Below are positions 8,345 to 18,525 of a stretch of 46,728 bases of DNA, one piece after another (position 1 is the stretch's first letter; each line of letters opens with the position of its first letter). A model generated the notes under the pieces. That model worked only from the letters and a program-made list of their open reading frames with translations. It ran no database searches and was not told the DNA's origin. A program made the translations under genes and the position numbers. Source of the stretch: Prasinococcaceae sp. CCMP 1430 (taxonomy: Eukaryota > Plantae > Prasinodermophyta); assembly GCA_013416795.1 (NCBI GenBank), contig RQSC01001147.1, forward strand, positions 36,481-83,208. The letters are read 5' to 3'.

Positions 8345-8557
8345 CTACTTGGGGACGCACCCCTTCTTCTTGCTGAACTTGCAGTTCTTCTTGGCGTCGC
8401 CCTTCTTGCACTTCTTCTTGGACTTCTTTGCCGTCTTGCAGAGCTTCTTGACCTGCTTCTTCGAGAGCTTCTGGCGTGCGCGCGTGAGCGTGGGGGTGGG
8501 TGGGGCAGACGACGTGGACGAAACCATGCAGCGCGTTGGCACTGGCGTCAGCATCAT
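8345..8557 (-). CDS. Candidate small Lys/Cys-rich peptide (70 aa if unspliced)
   Basis: C-terminal KLSKKQVKKLCKTAKKSKKKCKKGDAKKNCKFSKKKGCVPK* uses AAG/TGC codons. There is an in-frame ATG at 8557 and a possible CAG acceptor just before the Lys-rich part. Confidence 0.45.
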   Translation of the reverse strand: MMLTPVPTRCMVSSTSSAPPTPTLTRARQKLSKKQVKKLCKTAKKSKKKCKKGDAKKNCKFSKKKGCVPK

Positions 8558-8618
8558 CACCCCGTGCGATACAGGTCGCGCCAGCCAGGTGAGGCACGCC
8601 GCGCNGTTCGGCGCGACG

Positions 8619-10371
8619 ATGCGCGCGGCTGTGCTGTCGGCGCTCGGCGCGGCGGCGCTCGCCGCAGGCGCCGAGGCGGTCCGACCGGGCGCAGTCGGCG
8701 CCATCGGCGACGCCCTCGCAGCCGAGGTCGCCGAGGTCAAGGCCGACCTCGCCTCCGACTGGCGCACCGCCAGGACCACCATCGAGGGCATCCAGGCAGA
8801 GGTCGACGCCGAGCTTGCCAAGCCCGCCGAGGATGGCAAGCAGCACTGGGCGCTGCTCATGGCGGGTGCGTCGGCGCCCCGCATCCCGCCGCGCCCGCAC
8901 AGGGAGGGACGCGCCGCGCAGCTGTGCTCGCGTGTGCGCGCGCGCTCGAGGCACGGGCACACGCGCCACCCGGCGAGCGTTTTCGCCGCGCGCTTTTTAC
9001 CGCGCGCGCGGCCCGGCCCGCCCCTGGNGCGGGCGAGGTGCGCGGCGGGCGGCTGGGCGCAGGGCGCCAGGCGGAGGCTGACGCGTGGCGCGGCGCGCGC
9101 CCGCCCGCGCAGGATCGAACTCGTGGGGCAACTACCGCCACCAGGCGGACGTGTACCACGCGTACCAGATCTTCAAGAGGGCCGGCCTGGACGACGACCA
9201 CATCGTGGTGTTCCACTACGACGACATCGCGAACGATTCGGAGAATCCGACGCCTGGCCAGGTGATCAACTCGCCGTATGGCAACGACGTGTACCCGGGC
9301 GTGCCCAAGGACTACACGGGCCTCGACGTGACTGCGGCCAACTTCATCGCCGCGCTCAAGGGCGACGCGGATGCCGTCAAAGGGGGCAGCGGCAAGGTCA
9401 TCGCCTCCGGTGCGAAGGACAAGGTTTTCGCGGCGTTCTTCGACCACGGCGGCCCGGGCATCCTGGGCGTGCCCGCGGGCACCGGCCCGTACATCTACGC
9501 CAACGACGTCAACGACGCCCTCAAGTCCAAGTATGAGGCAGGCGGCTTCAAGGAGCTCACCTTCTACGTGGAGGCGTGCGAGTCGGGCTCCATTTTCGAC
9601 GGCCTGCTGCCGGCCAACATTTCGACCTACGTGACCACCGCGGCCAACCCGACCGAGTCCTCGTGGGGCTACTATTGCCCGGGCATGAACCCCGGGCCGC
9701 CAAAGGGCTACAACACCTGCCTGGGCGACCTGTACTCGATCACGTGGATGGAGAACGTCGACTCGCTCGACTCAGCGAAGAAGGAAACGCTCCTGGAGCA
9801 GTACCGCATCGTGAAGCAGCTCGTGTCGCAGAACCACACCTACCGGCAGGGCTCGCACGTCATGCAGTACGGCGATCTAAGCATCGACTCAGAGAGGCTC
9901 AGCGCATTCATCCACGGCTCCGCGAAGGAGGAGGACGAGGAGGTGCCCGCGCGCGCCGCCGCCCCCAACCCAACCGTGGGCGAGGGCATCGCCCAGCGCG
10001 ACGCCGACCTGCACTCGCTTTACCACGTGTACCTGTCGAAGCCCGAGGGCTCGGCGGAGAAAAAGGCGGCCTTCAAGGCCTTCCTCGCCGAGTCCACCCG
10101 CCGCGCCGAGCTCGATCGAGCCATCGACGCCGTTGGCAAGGAGCTCCTCACTGAGTTCCAGCTCAACTACGTGCGTGCCGAGGGCGAGGCCGTCACGCGC
10201 GAATGGGACTGCTACAAGCAGAGCGTGCTTGCCTTCGAGGCGCAGTGCGGCCGCCTCGACCAATATGGCCTCAAGCACGCCGGCGTTTTCGCCAAGTCGT
10301 GCAACAACGGGGTGGGCCCCGAGAACGTCGCCGCGGCCGCGGCCAAGGCGTGCGCCGCCAAGGCGCTGTGA
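8619..10371 (+). CDS. Legumain / vacuolar processing enzyme (peptidase C13); exons 8619-8865 and 9113-10371
   Basis: Signal peptide; HWALLMAG|SNSWGNYRHQADVYHAY; catalytic dyad motifs DHGGPG and EACESG; TCLGDLYS. GTGCGT..CAG intron with GCTGAC. Confidence 0.95.
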
Positions 10372-10615
10372 GCACACCAAGCGGCAGGGGCATGGCGCGA
10401 GACGCGCCATATGCAACCTGCAAACTGGATTTCTAAAAAAGCGCGTGTACACTGTACATAGTGTACGTAATAAGCTCTTCCTCTTTTTCCCTCCTCGACC
10501 ACGGGTTGCGTGGTCCTCGGAAGGCCCATGGCGATGCGCTGGGTGCCCGACGCCGGCGCCGCCTCGCGGCATCGCAGCGCGTGCGTCAACGCAGACCGTA
10601 TATCAGCGTGTGCCC

Positions 10616-12613
10616 TCACTTCTTCATAGAGGCGTACATGGCGTCCACCTCCGCCTGGTACTTCTTCAGCAGCTGGGGCCTCTTCTTCTTGAAGGTGGGC
10701 GTCAGCAGCTCGCTCTCCGGGGTCCACGCCTCGGGCTCGAGGTGCACCGCCTTTACCATCTCGAAGCCCTTGAGCCTGCCCTCCTTGCCCGTGGTCGTCA
10801 GCAGAGAGAGGATGTGCGCCTTGGCCTTGTCGCTGGCGCAGATGGCCGCAAAGTCGCCCGACACGCCGTTGTCCCCGGCCCACTTCTTGAGCTTGTCCTC
10901 GTTGGGGCACACCACCGCAACCAGCGTGCTCTCAAACGAGTTGCCGTACACCCACACCGCGTCGAAGTCGCCGCACTTGCCGAAGATGTTCTCGAGCTTC
11001 TCCACGGCGACGTACTCGCCCTGCGAGAGCTTGAAGATGTTCTTCTTGCGGTCGACGATCTTGATGGCGCCTTCGGGAGTGATGATGCCGATGTCACCCG
11101 TGTGGAACCAGCCGCTCTCCTCGAGCACCTCCGCGGTGAGCTCGGGCTGCTTGTAGTAGCCCTTGAAGACCGCGGGGCCCTTGAAGCAGATCTCGCCCGC
11201 GGGCGGGTCGTTGGTGGGCAGGTAGTTCATCTCCGGGACGGCATCCAGGCACACCTGCACAGCAGGCGTCACGACGCCCACGGTGCCCGCCATCTTTCCG
11301 TTGGGGTAGTCCAGCGGCACGATGCAGCTCGCAGCGCACGTCTCGGTGAGGCCGTAGCCCTGCGACACGCCGGCGCACATGCCCACGCGCAGGAAGTCCT
11401 CCACGTGACGCGCGAGCGGCGCGGCGCCCGAGCACACGGCCTTCACGCGGCCGCCCAGCTTCTGCGCCACCTTCTTGAACACGATCTTGTCGGCGAGCGG
11501 CGAGGCCTGGGACTGCGGGAGACCCACCTTCTCCATGAAGTACAGCTTGCGCTCGGTCGCCCACTTGAGGAGCCATTTGAGGATCCCCTTGGAGTTGAAC
11601 TTGGCCATCACGCCGGCGTAGATCTTGTCATAGATGCGCGGCACGCCGGCGAAGAGCGTGGGCTTGCACGCGCCGATGTCGTCGACGAGCAGCTTGACGT
11701 CGCCGCGCCAGTAGCCGATGTGTGCGCCCATGCCGATGTACATGATCTCGACCACCTGGTCGAAGATGTGCGCCAGCGGCAGGAAGGAGAAGAACGTGTC
11801 GTCCTCGCCGAATTTGACGAACTCCTGCAGGAAGGCCTGCGCACCGCCGACCTCGTACATGTATGTGTCGTGCAGAAGCATGACGCCCTTGGGGTTGCCG
11901 GTGGTGCCGCTCGTGTACATGATGACCGCCAGGTCCTCCTTCTTGGGCGGCACGGGCTCCGCCGGGTTGGCATCGCCGAGGGCGAGGAACTCCGCGTAGG
12001 TGTACACAGCCGCGCCCTTCAGGTTCGTGCCTTTGATGGCTTCTTCCACCGTGGCCTTCGCCGCGGCGTTGTCCTCCTTGCCGAACAGCACCACCGCCTT
12101 CACCTTGGTCTTCACCTGCGGCAGAGAGCCGACGAAGGCGGCCAGCTGCTTCTTGCCCGTGTTCACGCAGGCGACCTCGCACTCGGCGTGGTCGATGATG
12201 TACTCGATCACGTCCGCGCCGAGAGTGTCGTACAGCGGGATCGTCACGCACGACTGGCTGGCGTTGGCGAGGAGGAGCTCCATCCACTGGATGCAGTTGG
12301 GGGACAGGATGCCCACCTTGGAGCCCGACGACACGCCGACCTTGGCGAGCGCGGACTGCAGCTTGGTGACGGCGGCGCCCGTCTGCGCGTACGTCTGGTA
12401 CTCGTACGGGCCCTCGCCATTGGGCCCGGTGCGCTCGCCGATGAATTTGTTGTTGGCGAACTTGGCGAGCGAGCCCTGCCAGAGCTCGTAGATCGAGTCG
12501 TACGGGTAGCGGAAGTCCTCGGCCGAGCCCATGCCGCAGCCCAGGGTGGGGCCCTTGGTGCCCGACGCGGGCGCCACCTCCACCATCTTGGTGCGCTCGA
12601 AGCACTTCTTCAT
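10616..12613 (-). CDS. LACS: Long-chain acyl-CoA synthetase (665 aa), intronless
   Basis: AMP-binding motif IMYTSGTTGNPKGV, plus FLPLAHIF, QGYGLTET, GWFHTGDIG and DRKKNIFKLSQGEYVAVE. Confidence 0.95.
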   Translation of the reverse strand: MKKCFERTKMVEVAPASGTKGPTLGCGMGSAEDFRYPYDSIYELWQGSLAKFANNKFIGERTGPNGEGPYEYQTYAQTGAAVTKLQSALAKVGVSSGSKVGILSPNCIQWMELLLANASQSCVTIPLYDTLGADVIEYIIDHAECEVACVNTGKKQLAAFVGSLPQVKTKVKAVVLFGKEDNAAAKATVEEAIKGTNLKGAAVYTYAEFLALGDANPAEPVPPKKEDLAVIMYTSGTTGNPKGVMLLHDTYMYEVGGAQAFLQEFVKFGEDDTFFSFLPLAHIFDQVVEIMYIGMGAHIGYWRGDVKLLVDDIGACKPTLFAGVPRIYDKIYAGVMAKFNSKGILKWLLKWATERKLYFMEKVGLPQSQASPLADKIVFKKVAQKLGGRVKAVCSGAAPLARHVEDFLRVGMCAGVSQGYGLTETCAASCIVPLDYPNGKMAGTVGVVTPAVQVCLDAVPEMNYLPTNDPPAGEICFKGPAVFKGYYKQPELTAEVLEESGWFHTGDIGIITPEGAIKIVDRKKNIFKLSQGEYVAVEKLENIFGKCGDFDAVWVYGNSFESTLVAVVCPNEDKLKKWAGDNGVSGDFAAICASDKAKAHILSLLTTTGKEGRLKGFEMVKAVHLEPEAWTPESELLTPTFKKKRPQLLKKYQAEVDAMYASMKK

Positions 12614-12993
12614 GGCGTCCGGCGGGGGTGTGGTCCCCTTTTCCCTCTCCGATCGGCGGGCTCGGACGGCCGCGAGGCGAAGGGGAGGGGACGGGGAGCG
12701 CGCGCGTCCCGCGCGTGCTGTGGGACGCGCGCTGCTGCAGCGCGCGCGCGCGCGGAGAACCATCCGAATCCGCGCTCCGCGTTTTTGTGTCGCGGCGCGC
12801 GCGCGCATGCGTCAAGACATGTCTTTCGCCGCCCGTTTCGCGGCAATCCCGCGCCAGAAACCTTCCGTGCGAGGATTTTCTGCGCGTCGCATCGGCGCGC
12901 GGGCGGCAACGCGGCGTCGATTGATAACAACAACAGCGCGCACGCGCCCCCCGCGCGCCCGCAGCGGCGCGCGCTGGCGACGGCGACGGCGGC

Positions 12994-13109
12994 NNNNNNN
13001 NNNNNNNNNNNNNNNNNNNNNNNNNNNNNNNNNNNNNNNNNNNNNNNNNNNNNNNNNNNNNNNNNNNNNNNNNNNNNNNNNNNNNNNNNNNNNNNNNNNN
13101 NNNNNNNNN
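12994..13109. other. Scaffold gap (116 N)
   Basis: Run of N between the divergent LACS and eRF1-like genes. Confidence 1.
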
Positions 13110-13112
13110 GCG

Positions 13113-14328
13113 ATGGCGCCCGCCGCGCCCGCGCCCGCCCGGGCGGAGACGCTGGTGTTCGTCGTGGCGAGCGGCCTCGGCGGCGCGGAGCTCACCGCGG
13201 TCATCGAGGAGCTCAAGAACTCGTCGAAGGGCATCGGGTGAGCGACGGCGCGCTGCGCTGTCTCGCTTCGCGCCGCGCCGCACGCAGCGAGCGAGCGAGC
13301 GCCGGCCCGCGCCGCGCCGCGCACGCCCGCGCGGGCGCCGTGAGCGCGTCCTCCATCCTAACCAGCCTCGCGGCCCTCATCTCCTCCCATGGCGTCTGTC
13401 CAGCACACACAAGCGCCGGCAGCTCTACTGGGACGCCTACAGCAAGCTCGCCGGGAAAGCCACCGCGGCAGCCAGCGACGGCAAGGGGGCGTGCGCCTTG
13501 CGCTACTCGGCGACCGCAGCGGATGTAGAGGCGGGAGGGGGCACCGCCGAGGTCGTCGAGCTCACCAAGCGGCAGCGCGGCCTCCTGAGTGGCGGCTCGG
13601 TCGAGATCCTCGGGCGCAAACTGCGCCCCCCCGAGGACGATGGCAGCGGCAAGGGTGGCTGGGCGATCGCGTGGTCCGAGGAGGACGCGGCCGCCGCGTA
13701 CGCAGACCTCTTCGAGGGCGAGCCCTGCGTGTACCTCACGTCCGACGCCGTGTACGTCGGCACGCGCTTCAAGCGCGCGCTCTGCAAGAAGCTTTCAGCG
13801 CCGCTCAAGGCCGCCAAAGATGTCGTCGCCGCGGTGGCTGCGCTGCAGCCGGACGCGCCGCTGCGATCCGTGTCGTTCGCGGGCAACCACCCGCCATCGG
13901 TGAACGCCTACAACACCTTTCTCGCGGGCATCACCAAGCTCGATGGTGAGCTGCCAGAACACATCGGGCGCTGCTCGTCGGCGTCGCCCACGGACGTGTA
14001 CGTCTACTTTCTGGAACGTCGCAACGGCCACCTCGTTGCCGAAGCGGGCAAGCTCATCGCGCGCATGAAGACAGACGTCGACAAGTCCCTCGTTCCGCTC
14101 ATCTGCGCAGCGTCGACGCGAGAGGCTGCCGTCGCGTACAAGATGGCACTGATGAAGACCGTGTACGTGCATGAGTCCATGGGTAAGTTCATCGATCGCT
14201 GTCGCGCGGACGGCACGGTCGAGCTGCACGTCGTGCGAGGGGACGTCGAGGATAGTGAGTTCGGACGCTTCGGGAAGATAAACTTCGAAATGTACTACCG
14301 GTGTGATCTTGCCACCATGGGCGCGTAA
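13113..14328 (+). CDS. Divergent eRF1-fold protein lacking NIKS and GGQ (349 aa); exons 13113-13237 and 13404-14328
   Basis: GTGAGC donor, CTAAC branch point and CAG acceptor give a continuous ORF. By-eye register with eRF1 domain 1 (ELKNSSKGIGTHKRR vs EFGTASNIKSRVNR), the end of domain 2 (SVSFAGN, EAGKLI) and domain 3 (FGKINFEMYYRCD vs FGGIGGILRYRVD). Confidence 0.6.
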
Positions 14329-14340
14329 TGGCATCGCCGT

Positions 14341-15234
14341 TTACTCCAGCAGCGCGTCAGACACGGGCGCCGGCGCGGGTGGTGCGGGCGGTTTCGGGCG
14401 CTGCGGCATGTTCGCGCGCGCGTGCATGCCGCCGTCCACGCGCACAGACTCGCCGGTCATCCAGCCTGAGGCCTGCTCCGACGCCAGGAAGCACGCCAAG
14501 CTCGCGCAGTCCTCCACCGTTCCCAGCCGTCCGGCAGGCAGGTGCGGCAGCCACATGCCCTGCGTCTCGGGCTTCGCAAACACGGCGGCCGTGCGCTCCA
14601 CCGGCACGACGCCGGGCGCGATGGCATTCACGCGGATGCCCAGTGGCGCCAGCTCACACGCGAGCGTCGCCGTCAGGCTGTCAAGACCGGCCTTGGTCAT
14701 CGCATACAAGGACATGTACTCCACTGAGAGCGTGCCGTGGATGGACGTGTTGTTGATGACGCACATGCCCCGCGCGTCTTCGTCGGAGCGGCCTGTCCTG
14801 TGAGCGGCGAGCTTGCGAGTGAGCAGGTAGGGCGCACGCAAGTTCACCGCAGTGATGTCATCGAAGTGCGCGGCGCCGCAGTCCTCGCTGTGTCCCTTGA
14901 GCACGATGCCCGCATTGTTTATCACGATGTCCACTGCGCCCAGTCGCTCGACAGCCGCGTCGAAGAGCGCCTCCGCCGCCGCCGCCGAGCGCAGGTCGGC
15001 CCCAAGGGCGAACGCCGCCGCCGCATCGCCGCCTGCACCTTCGCGGAGTCCACGCACGACCGCGCAGGCGCCCTCCTCGCGCGTGTGGTACGCCACCGCC
15101 ACGCGTGCGCCCTGCCGCCCCAGCTCGCGCGCGATCGCCGCGCCGATGCCGCCAGAGCCGCCCGTGACCAGCGCGCGCTTCCCCGCCAGGTCCCCATACG
15201 TGGGTAACGTCGACACCACCGTCGCCGCCGCCAT
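14341..15234 (-). CDS. Classical short-chain dehydrogenase/reductase (297 aa)
   Basis: ALVTGGSGGIG, INNAG, catalytic YAMTK, GIRVNAIAPG. Confidence 0.95.
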   Translation of the reverse strand: MAAATVVSTLPTYGDLAGKRALVTGGSGGIGAAIARELGRQGARVAVAYHTREEGACAVVRGLREGAGGDAAAAFALGADLRSAAAAEALFDAAVERLGAVDIVINNAGIVLKGHSEDCGAAHFDDITAVNLRAPYLLTRKLAAHRTGRSDEDARGMCVINNTSIHGTLSVEYMSLYAMTKAGLDSLTATLACELAPLGIRVNAIAPGVVPVERTAAVFAKPETQGMWLPHLPAGRLGTVEDCASLACFLASEQASGWMTGESVRVDGGMHARANMPQRPKPPAPPAPAPVSDALLE

Positions 15235-15475
15235 GCCGCCCTGCCCACCCCCCCACGGCACCCCGCACGCAGTCTGGCCCGCCCCCACGCTCGCGCGCGC
15301 TGTGCGCGCTCCCACTGGTGCCCCCGCCTCGCTGCCGTCCACGTGTTCAGCTCCACCAATGCATTCGTTCATGTACATAAAGCACGGGAGAGTTAAGTTC
15401 AGGTAGGTCAAAACGCACCCGCAGCGCGCGCGCGCGCGCCGGCTGTTGCTGTTGCGGCAGCGGCAGCGGAGCGAA

Positions 15476-17463
15476 ATGCGGCAGTGCGCGCGCACAGCGC
15501 GCGAGCGCCTGGCGCGCGGGGCGATGCCGCGACAGGCGGCGGATGTCAGAGGAGGCGGCGGCGGGCGGCGCGCCGTCTGGCTGTGGCCACCGCCGCGGCC
15601 GCGCTGCTCGCGGCGGGCGCAATCGCGGCGACGAGGAGGAGGACGGCAGCAAAGTCGGCCGGCGGCAGCGCGCATTCGAATCGCTCGCCGCCCCGGCTGT
15701 TGCTCGACGCGCAGGCCGACGGCGGGGGCACGAATGCGGAGCAGCTCGCCGCTCTTGTACAGAGGCGACCATATGAGTCGGGCAGTGGCGTCCACAGCAC
15801 CGCCGATGAGGATGAGGTCATTGAGGTGCCACAAAAAAGGCCCAACGTTCCGCGGCTGTTCGCATCGCTGCTGAAGGATCCGCTCTCGCCCCGTCGTGCT
15901 CCGCAGTCCCCCTGGGTTTTGGGAGAGCATGCGTCGTATTGTTGGCAGCAGCAGGGCGAACACCCGCGCCTAGCGCAAGCCCCTGCGTCTGGGGGCGTCC
16001 CTGATGTCGCATGGCAGACGCGGTGTGTGCCTAGGTTGTTTCTTTTGGGCGTCGCCAAGTGTGGCACTACGGCGGTCTGGTCAGCTCTAGCGAAGCACCC
16101 GCACGTCATCACGCGGCCGCGCCTTCGCACGCCAACCGCCGACACTGCGGACGCGCCACGCATGGCTCCAAAGGAGCCTCACTACTGGACAATAGGCGAC
16201 AAACACGAAAGCTATTGGCACGCTGTCGGAGAGGATCAGCCGTACCGATACGATCCTGCCGTGCACACGCACGCGGCAGGAGGTCGCGGGCGGACGCGCT
16301 CTCACATACGCGAGGCGAAAGGAGACGGCGGTGCGCGTTACAGCGTGATGCTTGGCGCGGAGGAGTATGCAGCGTCGTACACGCCAGCGCTGGCTGAGAT
16401 CGCAAGAGCACCTGATAAGGCCCACTTGCTGGATGCGTCGACCGATGCATTTACCTACAGCGTAGGTGGCCTTCCCAGCAAGTATGCGTGCGGCGGTGAC
16501 GGCGATCCGAGACGACGAGGCTGCTCAGCTTCGGCGCTCTACGCGACGTCCTCCGCCGCGGCACTGCGGGCGTCGATTCCGGGCGCGCGGCTGGCTGTAG
16601 TGCTGCGCGACCCCGTGGCACGTGCGTGGTCGGACTACATGTTCTTCAATCGCAGTGGCGCCTCGTCCGACGACGAGGATGCGGCAAGTACGACTGGCGA
16701 CGCGCGCGCCTCTCCCGTTGCGAATGCCGAGGATTCGGCGCTGGCTGCGCCGAGGCGCCACCACGACCCGCGCGATGCCTTCCATGCGCATTGCAGCGAA
16801 GCGGTGGGGGCGCTCACGCGGTGCCTCGCTGCTGCCGAGGCAGATTCTGCCTTGGCAGACGCAACGGACCAGGCCGCAGGTCCGTCACATTCACCAGACC
16901 CCGCGGCAGCACTGCACATCCCCGCCGTGGCATCCTTTCAGCGCTGCACGGACCACGCAGGTGGGCGTGACACGCGCATCGCGCCGCCCATGCTCACGCA
17001 GCTGCGTTGCCCACTGCACATCGGCATGTACGTCTATCCCCTGCTGAGCTGGCAATGGGCATTCAACGGGACGGACGCCCTGATGGTCGTGAGCTCAAGC
17101 GACCTGGACGCTCGGCCCCAAGAGGCGGTGGCGAGGGTTGCGCGCCACTTTGGCCTGGCGGAGCCTCCGGCCATCCCACGGCACGAGTGGGAGCGCGTCG
17201 CGGGCAACGCGATGGGCGCGGCGGGGCGTGCGCGCGAGCCGGTGAGCCCGCGCGGAGGCGGCGCGGCCCAGGCGTTGAAGGGCGCCGTCGCCAGGACGCG
17301 GGCGGCAGGCAGGCGAGTCAACGCCGGCAAGTACGCCTTCCCGATGCACGAGGAGACGCGGGCGTTGCTCGCGGCGTTCTACGAGCCTTATGGGCGCGCC
17401 CTCGCCCTCGCCCTTGGCGATGAGCGCTTCGCGTTCCGCGCCGGGGAATCTCAGGCTTCGTAA
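15476..17463 (+). CDS. PAPS-dependent sulfotransferase, probably type II membrane; 5' end unresolved
   Basis: 5'-PSB motif LLGVAKCGTTAVW, KEPHYW, 3'-PB motif VLRDPVARAWSDY, FYEPY, and a basic-then-hydrophobic N-terminal anchor. The nearest ATGs (15476, 15523) are one frame off. Confidence 0.8.
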
Positions 17464-18525
17464 GTGCATTGCGTAGTCTACGTGGCAACCAGTCCGCGCG
17501 ACTGCACCCGCCCGCACGCTCGCGCGCGCCCGCGCGCACGCGCGCAATCAGATCCGAATCCGAACGCGCCATGGAATCCGGGCGGAGCTCCACGCGCCGC
17601 GCGCGCGTGCCTTGTGCGCGCGTGCGCCGGCCGGATGGCGAATCATCTGACCCACTCCAGGTCCACGTCCAGCCAACCGGCCCAACCGCCGCGAGCGACC
17701 GCCGCCGCCACGGCACCCGCAAGAACCCCCAAAAAGGCAGGCGCACCCATCCGCACGTGAACGGCGGCAACGCTACGTAGCGTGTTCACGTCGCCCGACC
17801 CACCAACCGACCCGCCTCACCGACCAAGGTCAACTTGCTCGCGCGCACGTGGGACCGTTACGTATCGAATCGTATCGTATCGCTACGGCCGCCTCGGGAA
17901 TATGATGAAGGCGCGCCAATTCGAGGCAGTAGTCGCGTGCTATGATGCGATTGCAGGCGACCGCGAGACGGCGCGTTCCCCGAGATTCGGTCCCCCCGTT
18001 CCGACGCGCGCCGCGCCGGCGCCGCTGCTCGCGGGGGCGTACCTCGCGGGCCGCGGCGTCCGGAATCGCCCGTTGCCCGTAGCGCGTGATAAGCGATCGC
18101 TCTTGCGCGCGCGCAACCCGCGGGGAAGAAACGAAACGGGTCGGCTTGCAACCGACGCGCGCGCGCGCGCGCGCGCGCGCGCGCGAGTCGGTTGCCGCGC
18201 GGCGGTGCACACGCGCGCCCCAGCGCTGTCGCGTTCGCGCTGCAGCGCCGTCCAGCGGCGCTCTTCCTCGGCGCCGCCTGCACGCCGCACGTCCGCCGCC
18301 GCGCAGGAGCGGCGTGCGCAGGGGCGTGCTGCCGTGCGCCGCACCAGGGCGTTGCGCCGGCTGCGTTGCGGGGCAGCGGCCACCTGCCGATCCTTCGTGC
18401 CGCGGGACGCGAGTGCGAGCGGGAGGGGGGGAGGAGGCGCCATACCCGCGGCGCGGGGCGCAGCGGGCGACGATCCGGCGGCGTGACCGCTGGTCGTTGC
18501 TTGCGGCCGCACGCTGCCGTCCGCC

